DNA of 63,207 nt, filler included, from Deltaproteobacteria bacterium (GTDB lineage Bacteria > Myxococcota > JACRCW01): the NCBI GenBank assembly GCA_016218805.1. It is 6 parts of 6 records of this genome, joined end to end, with 100 filler letters (N's around TTAATTAATTAA, not from the genome) between each part and the next. Parts side by side here need not be neighbours in the genome. Positions count along the whole stretch, not along the records: positions 31,458 to 45,811 come from JACRCW010000077.1; positions 45,912 to 58,930 come from JACRCW010000084.1; 4 more parts are not named here. One strand, given 5' to 3'. The translations under genes were made by a program, and so were the position numbers. The stretch's first letter is position 1; each line of letters starts with the position of its first letter. Positions 41,330 to 51,454 of this stretch are shown here, piece by piece. The notes under the pieces are model-generated. The model was given only the letters and a program-made list of their open reading frames with translations, was not told the origin of the DNA and did not search any database.

Positions 41330-44300
41330 ATGGCGCACGCCGCCGCAGCGGGTGCGGCTTGTGACCCCGTGGATCCGGGGCGCAGTCTGCGGGAGGGAGG
41401 TCCGGCACACGTGGCACCTGGCGGAGGGAAGGGTGGACGCCCCCGGGACGCTGCAACGGGACCCCACCTTGATGACGGCCCCACGCTGCCCGGCCACCCG
41501 GTGCGCGGGCCGTCCCCGGGCCGGCCGCCGGACGAAGTGACCGCCCCGGGCCTGTTGCCCACCAAGCCGCTGGCCCAGCAGGCGCCGGTTTCGCGGCCGC
41601 CGTCCGTGCCGTCCCGCCCGCCGGACAGGCCGGCGTCCTCCCCGTCCGGGCGGGCCCGTCCCATGTCCGAGCCGGACCCGGGCACGCGCGCGGACCGGGA
41701 CTCCGGCTCCCGTCCGGTGAAGCGGGGCGGGCAGATTGCGCCCGGCACCGTGCTGGCGGGCCGCTACCGGATTGAGCGCTTCATCGCCAAGGGCGGCATG
41801 GGTGAAGTCTACGAAGCGCTGGACCAGGAACTGCGCGAGCGCGTGGCGCTCAAGATGCTGCTTCCCGACGTGGCCCGGGACGCGCAGATGCTGGAGCGCT
41901 TCCGGCGCGAGATCCAGCTGGCGCGGCGCGTGACGCACCCCAACGTGTGCCGCGTGTTTGACGTGGCGCGCCATGACGGCGGCGCGGGTCCGGTGGTGTT
42001 CCTCACCATGGAGCTGCTGCAGGGCGAGACGCTCAGCCAGCGCGTGCGGCGTGACGGCCCGCTGGGCACGGCGGAGGCGCTGCGGATCATTGACGAGGTG
42101 GTGGACGCCCTGGAGGCGGCGCACCGCGCCGGCGTCATCCACCGGGACTTCAAGAGCGCCAACGTGATGCTGGTGCCCACGCCGGACGGCCGGCGGCGCG
42201 CGGTGGTGACGGACTTTGGGCTGGCGCAGGGGCACGGGGAGGCGCGCGAGGCCCTCACGCAGAACGTGGCGGTGGGCACGCCCGGCTACATGGCGCCCGA
42301 ACAGGTGCGCGGCGAGGACCCCACGCCGGCCATGGACATCTACGCGCTGGGCGTCGTCATGTACGACATGCTGTGCGGGCAGCGGCCGTTTGCGCACGAC
42401 AACGCGTTCATTGAGGCCACCGCGCGCATGAGCGGGGAGCCCACGCCGCCGTCCCGGCGCCGGCCCGGCGTGGACCCCGCGTGGGACGGGGTGATCCTGC
42501 GCTGCATGGCCCTGCTGCCGGAGGAGCGGTTCGCCGCGGTGCGTGACGTGGTGGATGCGCTGCAGCCGTTGCGTGACGCGGCGGCGGCACAGGCCCCCGC
42601 GCCACCGGCGCCAACGCCCGCGGCGCTGCCGTGGCGACGTTGGGCGCGGCCCGCCGCGGCGCTGCTGGTGGCGGGTCTGCTGGGGGGGCTGGGGTGGCGC
42701 GCGCTGTCCAGCCGGTGGGGCGCGGCGCCGCAGGACCGCGTGCGCCGCGTGGCGGTGCTGGGGTTCCGCAACCTGGCGGCGCAGCCGGAGACCGCGTGGC
42801 TGGGCGTGGCGCTGGGCGAAATGATGTCCACCGAGCTGGCCGCCGCCAAGCGGCTGCGCGTGGTGTCGCAGGAGGACGTGGCGCGCATGCGCATTGAGCT
42901 GGGGCTGTCCGGGGACCAGCCGCCCACGCGCGAGTCACTGCAGCGGGTGCGCCGGAATGTGGGCGCTGAGCTGGTGGTCACCGGCGGCTACCTGCTGCTG
43001 GCGGGCAAGGAGGGCGAGCGGCGCGTTCGGGTGGACGCGCGCCTGCTGGACTCCACCAGCGGGGACGAGCTGGCCGCAGTGGCGGACACCGGCGTGGAGT
43101 CCGAGCTGTTCTCCGTGGTGGAGCGCGTGGGCCTGGCGCTGCGCGTGCCCGTGGAGGGGGGTGGCGCTCGGCCCGGTGCGCCGGCGCTGGTCAGCGCGCT
43201 GCCCAACGCGCGCGCGGCGCCGTGGTACGCGCAGGGGCTGGAGCGGCTCCGGCAGTTTGACGCGCTGGGGGCCACGCAGCTGCTGCAGAAGGCGGTGGAG
43301 GCGGACCCGGACAGCCCGCGCGTGCGCTGGCAGCTGGCCAACGCGTGGTCCGCCCTGGGTTATGACGAGCTGGCCCGCGGCGAGGCGCTGCGCGCGTTGG
43401 AGCGTGCCAGCGCGCTGCCGCCCGGCGAGCGCAAGGCCCTGGAGGCGCGCGTGCGCGCGCTCAACCAGCAGTGGGACGACGCGGTGCGCCTGTACGGCGA
43501 GCTGTCCCGCGAGACGCCCGACGACCTGGACCGCCGCCTGCGCCTGGCCGACGCGCAGCTGTCCGCCGGGCGTCCGGCGGATTCGCTGGCCACGCTGGAG
43601 GAGCTGCGCAAGCTGGAAGATGCGGAGCAGGACCCGCGCGTGGACCTGGCTGAGGCGTTTGCCGCCGCCGAGACGGGGGATTTCCGCCGCCAGCTGGCGG
43701 CGGCGTCACGCGCGGAGAAGAAAGCGGCGGAGGCGGGCGCGCGCCTGCAGGCCGCGCAGGCGCGGCACCTGGTGGCCTCCGCCAAGGGACGGCTGGGCGA
43801 GCCCGACGAGGCGCTGCGCATTGCCGAGGAGGCCCGCGTGGTGCTGCAGGAGGCGGGCGACAGCCGCGCCGCGGCGGAGGTGATCAACGTCGCCGCCAAC
43901 GTGTTGCTAACCCAGGGGCGGCTGCAGGAGGCGCGCACCAAGTACGAGTCCGCCCTGGGCGTGCTGGAGGCCATTGGCAACAAGCGCGGCCAGGCCATGG
44001 TGGTGAACAACATCGGCCTGGTGCTGGGCCAGCAGGGCAACCACCGCGAAGCGGCGCGCATGGCGGAGCGCGCGCTCAAGATCGGCCAGGACCTCAATGA
44101 CAACGCCGTGATGACGGTGGCGCTCAATGCGGCGGCCAATTCACTGCAGGCGCTGGGAGACCTGCCGCGCGCGCGCCAGAACTATGAGCGCGCGCTGCAG
44201 TTGGACCGCCAGGCGGGCAACCGCTTTGGCGTGGCGGTGGACATCATGAACATAGCCGCGGTGCAGGTGGCGCTGGGGGACCTGGCCGGCGCGCTCAAGG

Positions 44301-44980
44301 GGTTTGCAGAGGCGGGGGCCATCTTTGATGAGGCTGGCAACCGCAGCTTTGCGGCGTACGCGCGTGCGGCGCGCGGGGACATCCTGGGTCTGCAGGGCCG
44401 CTGGGATGACGCGCGCCGGGAACTGGCCGCCGTGATGCAGACGCGCACCGAACTCAAGGAGAAGGGCCCGCTGGCGCAGCTTCGCGTGAGCATGGGGCAG
44501 GTGGAGTTGTGGAGCGGGCAGGCCGACAGGGCGCTGGTGCTCTTCACGGACGCGCTGGAGACGTTCCAGGAGGAAGGCATGCTGGAGGACCAGGCGCTGG
44601 CGCAGGCGTACGTGGCCGAGACGCTGGCAGCCCGCGGGGCCCCCGCGGAGGCGCGCAAGGCGGCGGATGCCGCGCTGGCACTGTGTGCCAAGGGCGTGCA
44701 GAACCCGTCCACCCGCATGTCCGTGGACCTGGCGGACGCGCGCGTGAAAGCCGCGCAGGGGAAGCTCACCGAGGCGCGGCGCACCGCGGAGCGCGTAGCC
44801 GCGCAGGCCAAGGACCGCAACAACGTGCTGACCGCGTTGGATGCGCGGCTCGCGCTGCTGGACATTGACGCGCGCAAGGGGAAGCCCGGCGCCGCCCAGG
44901 CCAAGGTGCGCGCCTACCAGGACGAGGTGCGGCGGCTGGGAATCGGTTCGCTGGCGGAGCGGGCCGGGCGCATCCGCTGA
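41330..44980 (+). CDS. Ser/Thr protein kinase with TM segment, TolB-N-like domain and TPR repeats
   Basis: GGMGEVY, HRDFKSAN, DFG and GTPGYMAPE; TPR-like repeats. Confidence 0.95.
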   Translation: MAHAAAAGAACDPVDPGRSLREGGPAHVAPGGGKGGRPRDAATGPHLDDGPTLPGHPVRGPSPGRPPDEVTAPGLLPTKPLAQQAPVSRPPSVPSRPPDRPASSPSGRARPMSEPDPGTRADRDSGSRPVKRGGQIAPGTVLAGRYRIERFIAKGGMGEVYEALDQELRERVALKMLLPDVARDAQMLERFRREIQLARRVTHPNVCRVFDVARHDGGAGPVVFLTMELLQGETLSQRVRRDGPLGTAEALRIIDEVVDALEAAHRAGVIHRDFKSANVMLVPTPDGRRRAVVTDFGLAQGHGEAREALTQNVAVGTPGYMAPEQVRGEDPTPAMDIYALGVVMYDMLCGQRPFAHDNAFIEATARMSGEPTPPSRRRPGVDPAWDGVILRCMALLPEERFAAVRDVVDALQPLRDAAAAQAPAPPAPTPAALPWRRWARPAAALLVAGLLGGLGWRALSSRWGAAPQDRVRRVAVLGFRNLAAQPETAWLGVALGEMMSTELAAAKRLRVVSQEDVARMRIELGLSGDQPPTRESLQRVRRNVGAELVVTGGYLLLAGKEGERRVRVDARLLDSTSGDELAAVADTGVESELFSVVERVGLALRVPVEGGGARPGAPALVSALPNARAAPWYAQGLERLRQFDALGATQLLQKAVEADPDSPRVRWQLANAWSALGYDELARGEALRALERASALPPGERKALEARVRALNQQWDDAVRLYGELSRETPDDLDRRLRLADAQLSAGRPADSLATLEELRKLEDAEQDPRVDLAEAFAAAETGDFRRQLAAASRAEKKAAEAGARLQAAQARHLVASAKGRLGEPDEALRIAEEARVVLQEAGDSRAAAEVINVAANVLLTQGRLQEARTKYESALGVLEAIGNKRGQAMVVNNIGLVLGQQGNHREAARMAERALKIGQDLNDNAVMTVALNAAANSLQALGDLPRARQNYERALQLDRQAGNRFGVAVDIMNIAAVQVALGDLAGALKGFAEAGAIFDEAGNRSFAAYARAARGDILGLQGRWDDARRELAAVMQTRTELKEKGPLAQLRVSMGQVELWSGQADRALVLFTDALETFQEEGMLEDQALAQAYVAETLAARGAPAEARKAADAALALCAKGVQNPSTRMSVDLADARVKAAQGKLTEARRTAERVAAQAKDRNNVLTALDARLALLDIDARKGKPGAAQAKVRAYQDEVRRLGIGSLAERAGRIR

Positions 44981-44985
44981 GGCCC

Positions 44986-45552
44986 TCACTGCGCCGGCGT
45001 ACCCGCCGCCACGGCCACCAGCCCGCCCACAAACGCCCCGGCAAGGCCCGCCACCGTGGCGGCCCCGGCCAGCGCCGCCGCAAACCCGCCCGCCGCCAGG
45101 GACAGCGTGATCACCTGGCCACCCAGCACCGCCGGGCCTGTACCGGGCAGCATCAGCGGCCCGGCCTGGTTCCACAGGCAGCCCGAGAACAGACACAGCA
45201 GGGCCGCGTAGCTGCCCATCAGCGCGACACAGCCCACCGCCTCCACCGCCAGGCACCCCACGGCGCCGGCGGCGCAGCCCAACACGGACCCCACCGTTGC
45301 CCCGCCTGCGCCCCACAACAACAGGTCGCGCGGGCCGCGGGCAGCACCGCCCTCCTCCGGCTCGCGGCGCACACGGCGCCGCGGCCGGTCATCCTCCTCC
45401 TCCAGCTCGCCCGCGTCGTCGTCGTCGGCTTCGTCGTCCGCGGTGGCCGGTCCCCGGCGCGGGGATTCCAGGACGTCATCGTCTTCGGCGGCGGCCCGTG
45501 CGCCCGGGGCGGACAGCACCACCAGGGTGGCCAGGAGGAGGGAGCGGGACAT
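44986..45552 (-). CDS. hypothetical membrane protein
   Basis: Signal peptide, acidic linker and Gly/Ala/Cys-rich TM helices. Confidence 0.65.
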   Translation of the reverse strand: MSRSLLLATLVVLSAPGARAAAEDDDVLESPRRGPATADDEADDDDAGELEEEDDRPRRRVRREPEEGGAARGPRDLLLWGAGGATVGSVLGCAAGAVGCLAVEAVGCVALMGSYAALLCLFSGCLWNQAGPLMLPGTGPAVLGGQVITLSLAAGGFAAALAGAATVAGLAGAFVGGLVAVAAGTPAQ

Positions 45553-45772
45553 GGTGCGCGGATGCTGCGGGGCCCGCGGGAGCCGGTCAAGGACACCGCG
45601 CTGGTCCCCGTCAAGGCCCCCGGAGCATGATGCGCGGGATGAAACACGGCCTTTCCCTTGCGCGCTCCATGCGGATGCGATCCTGATCGCGCCGGGTCTG
45701 GACCGCTGTCCAGGCGACAGGCTGCCTGCCCCGTGCGTCGTAGGGCGGGGGCTTGTCCGGGCTTGTCCCCCG

Positions 45773-45811
45773 CCCGAGTGAGTCACAGGATCATTCAGAC
45801 CCGATGTTCCC
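45773..45811 (+). mobile_element. possible IS terminus (IS1380-like)
   Basis: CCCGAGTGAGTCACA with a composition shift just before the contig end. Confidence 0.3.
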
Positions 45812-45911
45812 NNNNNNNNNNNNNNNNNNNNNNNNNNNNNNNNNNNNNNNNNNNNTTAATTAATTAANNNNNNNNNNNNNNNNNNNNNNNNNNNNNNNNN
45901 NNNNNNNNNNN
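45812..45911. other. contig-join spacer
   Basis: N-run with TTAATTAATTAA. Confidence 0.99.
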
Positions 45912-46061
45912 AAATACCGGGATTGAGTGGAATACTTTCACTGCGGAGCATCGTACTGTCTGGCACGTTCCCTGAAGCGTGGAAGGCTTTCGCCGCCAAG
46001 TCCAGGAAGGAGGTGCGTCCTGCGTGATGCGTCCGCCGGGATCAGGATCGAATCCGCCGGG
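45912..46061 (+). mobile_element. right end of ISKra4/ISLre2-like IS (transposase C-terminus to 46027; IRR 46042-46061)
   Basis: GLSGILSLRSIVLSGTFPEAW resembles this family's C-terminus; the IR matches 7778-7797; TTCCTCAT follows at 46062-46069. Confidence 0.8.
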
Positions 46062-46244
46062 TTCCTCATCGGCGAGGAGCTGCGCCTGTTGGGCCGCTTT
46101 GACGAGGCGCAGGCTCATTTCAAGAGCATTGCCGGGGACGCGCGGATGAAGGCGGACCCATTCCCGGAGCTCATCGCGTACGAACAGAAGCTCATCGCAG
46201 CACGGGACAGCGGACCCCACGCGACTTCTGACGCGGGGAAGTGA
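46062..46244 (+). pseudogene. 3' part of the DUF2225-like gene begun at 7225
   Basis: FLIGEELRLLGRFDEAQAHF continues ...TTLFLI. Confidence 0.85.
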
Positions 46245-46250
46245 TCGCGC

Positions 46251-47558
46251 TCAGGCCATGCCCTCGTCATCATGCAGGCGCTGCAGGCCGCGCTGGCGGA
46301 AGTACACCGCGCACGCCGCCATCAACCCCAGGAACAGGCCGGAGAGCATGAGGTTGTAGTAGACCATGGCAATCAGGCACACGGCCGACAGCAGCAGCGC
46401 CACGGCGGGGAACAGCGGGTAGACCGGCGCGCGGAACGGGCGGACCAGGTTGGGGTCCTTCTTCCGCAGTTGGAACAACGCGGCCATGCTGACCAGGTAC
46501 ATGAGCACCGCGCCAATGGCGGACAGCGTGATGACCTGGTCCGTGGTGCCCGTGACAATGGAGAGCAGGCCAATGGCGGTGGTCACCAGCACGGCAATGT
46601 GCGGCGCGTGATGGCGGTTCACGGCGGTGAGCGCGTGGGGGAGCAGCCCGGCCCGCGCCACGGCGAACAGCTGCCGCGACGCGCCAATGACGATGCCGTT
46701 GAGCGACGCGATGAGGCCAAACACACCGATGCCCGCGAACGCCTTGTTCCACGGGTTGTCGTCTCCCAACGCCATCTGCACGGCGCGCGGGATGGGGAAG
46801 TCAATCTCCGACAGTGATTTCCAATCTCCCACGCCGCCGGCGGCGAGCATCACGCCGAGCGCCAGCACCACCAGTGTCAGGATGCCACTGATGTAGCCAC
46901 GCGGGAGATCACGATTGGGATTCACCACCTCCTCGCTGGCCATGGCCACGCCTTCAATGCCCAGGAAGAACCAGATGGCAAAGGGCAGGGCGGCAAAGAT
47001 GCCGGGCGCGCCGCCCATCCAACCGTCACGCAGGAAGTTGTCCGTGCTGAAGTGCGGCGCGGTGACGCCCATGAACAGGCACAATTCGCACACGGCCAGC
47101 AGCGTGACGGCCAGCTCAAACCGCGCGGATTGTTTGACGCCCAGCAGGTTCAGGGCGCCAAATGCCACCACCGCGCCCGCGGCAATCCACGCGGCCGGCA
47201 GCGTTGGGAACACCACGGTGACGTACTTGCCCACCGCAAACGCAATGGCGGGCGGCGCGAACACAAACTCAACGAGCGTGGCGTAGCCCGCCACGAACCC
47301 GCCCCACGGACCGAACGCGTGGTGCGCGTAGGTGAACGGCCCGCCCGCGCTGGGCAGCGCCGTGGTCAGCTCCGTGAAGCTGAAGATGAACGTGGTGTAC
47401 AGGATGGCCACCACCACGGTGGCGGCCAGGAAGCCCAGCGTGCCCGCCTTGCCCCAGCCGTAACTCCAACCGAAGTACTCGCCGGAGATGACCAGGCCCA
47501 CGGCGAGGCCCCACAGGTGCATGGGGCCGAGACTCTTCTGCAGGTGCGGTGTGGTCAT
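46251..47558 (-). CDS. eat: ethanolamine permease (APC family)
   Basis: LWGLAVGLVISGEYFGWSYG and PFAIWFFLGIEG. Confidence 0.88.
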   Translation of the reverse strand: MTTPHLQKSLGPMHLWGLAVGLVISGEYFGWSYGWGKAGTLGFLAATVVVAILYTTFIFSFTELTTALPSAGGPFTYAHHAFGPWGGFVAGYATLVEFVFAPPAIAFAVGKYVTVVFPTLPAAWIAAGAVVAFGALNLLGVKQSARFELAVTLLAVCELCLFMGVTAPHFSTDNFLRDGWMGGAPGIFAALPFAIWFFLGIEGVAMASEEVVNPNRDLPRGYISGILTLVVLALGVMLAAGGVGDWKSLSEIDFPIPRAVQMALGDDNPWNKAFAGIGVFGLIASLNGIVIGASRQLFAVARAGLLPHALTAVNRHHAPHIAVLVTTAIGLLSIVTGTTDQVITLSAIGAVLMYLVSMAALFQLRKKDPNLVRPFRAPVYPLFPAVALLLSAVCLIAMVYYNLMLSGLFLGLMAACAVYFRQRGLQRLHDDEGMA

Positions 47559-47591
47559 GCCCGGCTCATAGCCCGCAACACCCTCCCGCGT

Positions 47592-48992
47592 TCAAGTCCC
47601 AGTGTCTCCGACGGGCGGCGCCGGTTGCGTGGCCGGCGGTGTTGCCGGGTCACCCTGCGGCGCCGGGACGGGCTCCAGCGGGGCGGCAACTGGCGGCTGG
47701 CCGCGGCGCTCCCAGCGTTCCACCGCCCAGGCCAGCGTGAGCAGCACAATGGGCTCAATGGGCTTGCGGTAGCGGCCTTCCATGGGCGCCAGCTGCGCGG
47801 AGAACAACCCGCCCACAAAGAGGATCACCATCACCGGGTAGAACTGCAGGCCGTCACGGCGGAGGCGCCACGCGCAAAAGGCCAGCGCCAGCAGGATGGC
47901 CGGGGCCCAGATCCACCGTTCGCTGAGACACAACACGCCGGGCACGGACCCGCGCTGCGTCTCTGGCCACGCGTGCCCAAACGCGAGAAAGATGACGTTC
48001 TCCCAGACGAACATGGGCAGCTGGCGCCAGTTCCGGCGGAGCAGGTCGCTGCGGATCTGGGCCAGGTCCTCGCCGTGGCGGTCCTTCTCCAGCGTGAACT
48101 CATAGGTGCCGTTGCTGCGGGAGGACTCCCAGCGGAACGGGTCAAACGGGCTGATGTAATAGCTGGGCGACGAGAAGTAGTAGACCCAGTCACGCCCGAA
48201 GTGGATCTTGTAGGTGCGTTCGCCGCTGAGGAAATAGATGGGCAGCACGCTGTTGAAGTTGCCGAACGGGCTGTACACGCCAAAGTGCTGCTCGCTGTGC
48301 CACGCGCCAAACCCCAGCCCCACCGCCCAGATGCACCCCGCGGCGACGAGCCGCGCCACCTTCCGCCACTGGTGCCGCAGCAACCAGCCCAGGCAGATGA
48401 TGGCAAACGGCAGCGCAATGGAGCGCGTGAGCGCCGCCAGCATCCACAGCGAAGCGGCGCCCAGGAACGCCGCCGCGCTGCGCGTGCGGTCCGCGCGGAA
48501 GGTCATCCACAGCGCGAACCCGATGACGGGCACCAGCAGCGTCTCCGTCATGAAGTAGCCGTAGGAGAAGATGAAGGTGGGCATCAGCGCGACGACGGCG
48601 CCGAAGCGCAGCGCGGCGACGCGCGTCTGGAGGAACTCGCGCGCGCACAGGTACCAGGCCAGCGGGAGCGACAGGGACAGCGCCGTGGTGGCCAGCCCGA
48701 CGAGGATGCGGTTCTGCCCGGTCACCTTCTGCAGCACGTGCAGGTAGAACTGGAACACCACCGGGTCCGCGGTGCCCATGGGCGAGGGCGTGAAGAAGTT
48801 TCTCCCGTTGTCCCAGTGGCGCATGGGGTCCGAGAACAGGTGGTCCATGGGGTGGCCCCACACCATCACGTACAGCGTGCGCACCACGGCGCCCGCGGCC
48901 ATCAGCGCCAGCCAGGTCCGTTCAGAGCGCAATACCGCGCGCAGCATCCCCAGGACGCGCGGGACCGGCGGGGCGGCGGGGGCTTCCGTCAT
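47592..48992 (-). CDS. membrane protein, putative GT-C (ArnT/PMT-like)
   Basis: SDP loop, MTETL and RY..P motifs; many TM helices. Confidence 0.65.
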   Translation of the reverse strand: MTEAPAAPPVPRVLGMLRAVLRSERTWLALMAAGAVVRTLYVMVWGHPMDHLFSDPMRHWDNGRNFFTPSPMGTADPVVFQFYLHVLQKVTGQNRILVGLATTALSLSLPLAWYLCAREFLQTRVAALRFGAVVALMPTFIFSYGYFMTETLLVPVIGFALWMTFRADRTRSAAAFLGAASLWMLAALTRSIALPFAIICLGWLLRHQWRKVARLVAAGCIWAVGLGFGAWHSEQHFGVYSPFGNFNSVLPIYFLSGERTYKIHFGRDWVYYFSSPSYYISPFDPFRWESSRSNGTYEFTLEKDRHGEDLAQIRSDLLRRNWRQLPMFVWENVIFLAFGHAWPETQRGSVPGVLCLSERWIWAPAILLALAFCAWRLRRDGLQFYPVMVILFVGGLFSAQLAPMEGRYRKPIEPIVLLTLAWAVERWERRGQPPVAAPLEPVPAPQGDPATPPATQPAPPVGDTGT

Positions 48993-49000
48993 GCAAGGAA

Positions 49001-49936
49001 TCAGTTGGACTGCGTGAACACGCCCACGTCACGCACGGCGGAGATCACCGTGCCGGTGGCGCCCAGGACGGCCAGCAGCAGCAGGCCCGGCACCACACCC
49101 ACCAGCAGGCCGGTCCCCACCGCGGAGCGCCACTGGCGCGTGGCCATGGCATCCCCCGGCAGCGTGGGGGCCAGCAGCAGCACCGGCACCGCCACCAGTG
49201 CAATCACCGCCTCCACCAGCACGAACACCACGCCCGCGGCCATCAGTCCGTGCATCACGCCGTAGCGCACCCTGGGAAGCACGGACGCGGACGCGGCGGG
49301 TTTGTCCTTCTTACCGGCCGGCTGGTCCGCCGGCACCGCCGCCGCGGGAGGGGTGGCGTCAGCCACGGCGGCGGGCGGGGGCGCCGTGGTTGGCTCCGCC
49401 GCGTCCGGCACGGCGGCGGGCGCGGTCGTCGCGGTCTCCAGGCCCGCCTGCTTGATGACCGCGGCCACCGCAGCGGGCAGCGCGTCCAGAAAGGCCTCCT
49501 CGGAGTTCTCGCGCAATCGCTCGGAAACGCTGCCCACGGTGGAGCCGGATTTCACGCTCATCAGCCGCATGCTCATCAGGTAGGAATTACCAAGCTTCCC
49601 AATCTTCGCCGTGGCCAGGTAGTCCACCCCCAGTGCGCCCGCGAGCTCCGTCACGCAGCCGCCCTCGCACTCGGCCAGCTGGCGCAGCCGCTCCAGGCCC
49701 AGCAGGTCCTCCGTCTCCTTGAGGGAGACCACGCGCCCAAACGCGCCGCTGGCGCGGAAGGTCTGCGTCACCTGGTCGGACAGCAGCGTTGCAACGCCCG
49801 CCGCCACGCCGTGCGCGGCCTCCACCTGCATGATGGCCAGGCTGGGCCTGGTGGCGGCCTGCTCACCGCCGTTGTCCGCGGCCCACGCCGGCGTGCCCAC
49901 CAGGCAGGCCAGCACCGCCATTCCCGGCATCCTCAT
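49001..49936 (-). CDS. exported protein with TolB-N/CsgG-like domain and C-terminal TM helices
   Basis: Signal peptide; CEGGCVTELAGALGVDY. Confidence 0.7.
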   Translation of the reverse strand: MRMPGMAVLACLVGTPAWAADNGGEQAATRPSLAIMQVEAAHGVAAGVATLLSDQVTQTFRASGAFGRVVSLKETEDLLGLERLRQLAECEGGCVTELAGALGVDYLATAKIGKLGNSYLMSMRLMSVKSGSTVGSVSERLRENSEEAFLDALPAAVAAVIKQAGLETATTAPAAVPDAAEPTTAPPPAAVADATPPAAAVPADQPAGKKDKPAASASVLPRVRYGVMHGLMAAGVVFVLVEAVIALVAVPVLLLAPTLPGDAMATRQWRSAVGTGLLVGVVPGLLLLAVLGATGTVISAVRDVGVFTQSN

Positions 49937-49988
49937 GACATTCCTCCTGGGCCCCGCCATAGCACGGTGCGGCGGGGGCGCTCGCGGT

Positions 49989-50630
49989 TCACCGGCCGGC
50001 GGGAAAGTACTCTGGCGGCAGCGTGTCCGGGTCCAGCCCCAGCTCAGCGGCGAGGTCCGCGTTGTGCGCGCGCACCGCGGCGCGCACCCCGTCACCCGAC
50101 GACGGCTTCACGAACGCGCCGACCACCTGGCCCACCGCGGCGCACACCAGCAGGCCCAGCACCGCCCCGGTGGACGCGCCCATGACGGCACCCGCCGCCG
50201 CCCCCAGCGCCACGGGCGCCGCGCGGTCCGCCGCATTGTCCAGCGTGGTCCCCGGTGAGCGCAGCCCGAACACGGCGCCCAGCAGCCCGCCGAGCACCAA
50301 CCCCGGCAGCGCGGCGGGAAATGGGATCACCAGCGCAGCAACGGACAGGCCCACCATGGTCCAGCGCAATGCGCTTGCGGGGGTGGCGGCCTTCCACGCG
50401 GCGGCCACCTTCTCGTCGCGCAGGGCACCCTCCACGTTGCGGTCACCCACCACGCCACCCTCTGCGTCCACAATGGACCAGGCGCTGCCCCAGCCCGTGG
50501 GCAGCGGGAGGGCCGCCAGCGCGCTGGATTCCTCCACGCGCCACGCACGCTCTGTGAACGCCGCGCGCGGCTCGGCGGCGTGCGCCGCGCCCGTGGCCAA
50601 CGCCAACCCCAGCAGCACGGCGACCCTCAT
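49989..50630 (-). CDS. hypothetical membrane protein (glycine-zipper-like)
   Basis: Signal peptide and GxxxG-rich helices; ATGA overlap with the lipase gene. Confidence 0.65.
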   Translation of the reverse strand: MRVAVLLGLALATGAAHAAEPRAAFTERAWRVEESSALAALPLPTGWGSAWSIVDAEGGVVGDRNVEGALRDEKVAAAWKAATPASALRWTMVGLSVAALVIPFPAALPGLVLGGLLGAVFGLRSPGTTLDNAADRAAPVALGAAAGAVMGASTGAVLGLLVCAAVGQVVGAFVKPSSGDGVRAAVRAHNADLAAELGLDPDTLPPEYFPAGR

Positions 50631-51454
50631 GCGGACTCCCTGGCGGCGCTCTGTGGCACTCCGCGCAGCTCCTTGCGGATGATGGCCAGCACGCGCCGGC
50701 TCATCAGCAGGCTGTTGTGACCCACCCCGGCGACGATGTGGTTGGACCACATGCCCGGCGCGGCATCCCGCGCGTCCACGCGGCACAGCGGCGCGGGCGC
50801 AATGACATCCACGCCGCCACTGATGGACACCATCCGCGTTCCTTCGGGCACCGGCGTGGCACGCAGCCGCCGCATGAACTGCGAGAACGGCAGCAGCTGC
50901 CACACACTGCGGCTGAACAGCCCCACGGCGGCCACGCCCAGCACCGCCAACGGCGCTCCGGCATACGGCGTCCCCAGCGCCACCAGCGTGCGCACGCGCC
51001 GCCCCACGTTGTGGTGGGACACCATCCACCGCGCCACCAGCCCGCCCTTGCTGTGGCCAATGATGTCCAGCTCCGTCACGCCGTGGCGTTGGCACAGGCG
51101 CTCCAGCTTCTCGGCCAGGCGCGCGGCCTCCGTCACCATCTCCTGGCCACCCAGCGCGCCGCCCAATCCCGGGAGGTGGAAGCTCATCACGGAGACGCCC
51201 AGCTCGCGCCGCAAGCGGCGCTCCAGCACGTTCAGGATGCGCCGGGGCGCGCCAAAGCCGTGCAGCAGCAGTACCGGCCGGCCCGTCCCCTGCCCAAAGT
51301 CGTCGCGGCGCATGGGCCGCCACACCTCGCCGGCGTCACCCACCGCTTCAAACAGCATGCTGACAAAGCGCCCTGCGCGCCGCATCCGCCGCCGCGCCAG
51401 GATGCGCGCGCGCCGGAGCAGGGCCCATTGCCGCGTCTGCAGGGCGCCGCTCAC
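50627..51454 (-). CDS. alpha/beta hydrolase (lipase/esterase)
   Basis: LLHGF, GHSKGG nucleophile elbow, GTPY and GH. Confidence 0.9.
   Translation of the reverse strand: MSGALQTRQWALLRRARILARRRMRRAGRFVSMLFEAVGDAGEVWRPMRRDDFGQGTGRPVLLLHGFGAPRRILNVLERRLRRELGVSVMSFHLPGLGGALGGQEMVTEAARLAEKLERLCQRHGVTELDIIGHSKGGLVARWMVSHHNVGRRVRTLVALGTPYAGAPLAVLGVAAVGLFSRSVWQLLPFSQFMRRLRATPVPEGTRMVSISGGVDVIAPAPLCRVDARDAAPGMWSNHIVAGVGHNSLLMSRRVLAIIRKELRGVPQSAARESA

Noticed and set aside
45927..46244. 105-aa ORF as an independent gene
   Set aside because: Chimera of the IS right end and the 3' part of the disrupted gene.
47052..49265. Long antisense ORFs (737 aa here; also 17398-19209, 21345-23384, 15203-16531)
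   Set aside because: Shadow frames of real genes in high-GC DNA; Arg/His/Gly-rich with no motifs.
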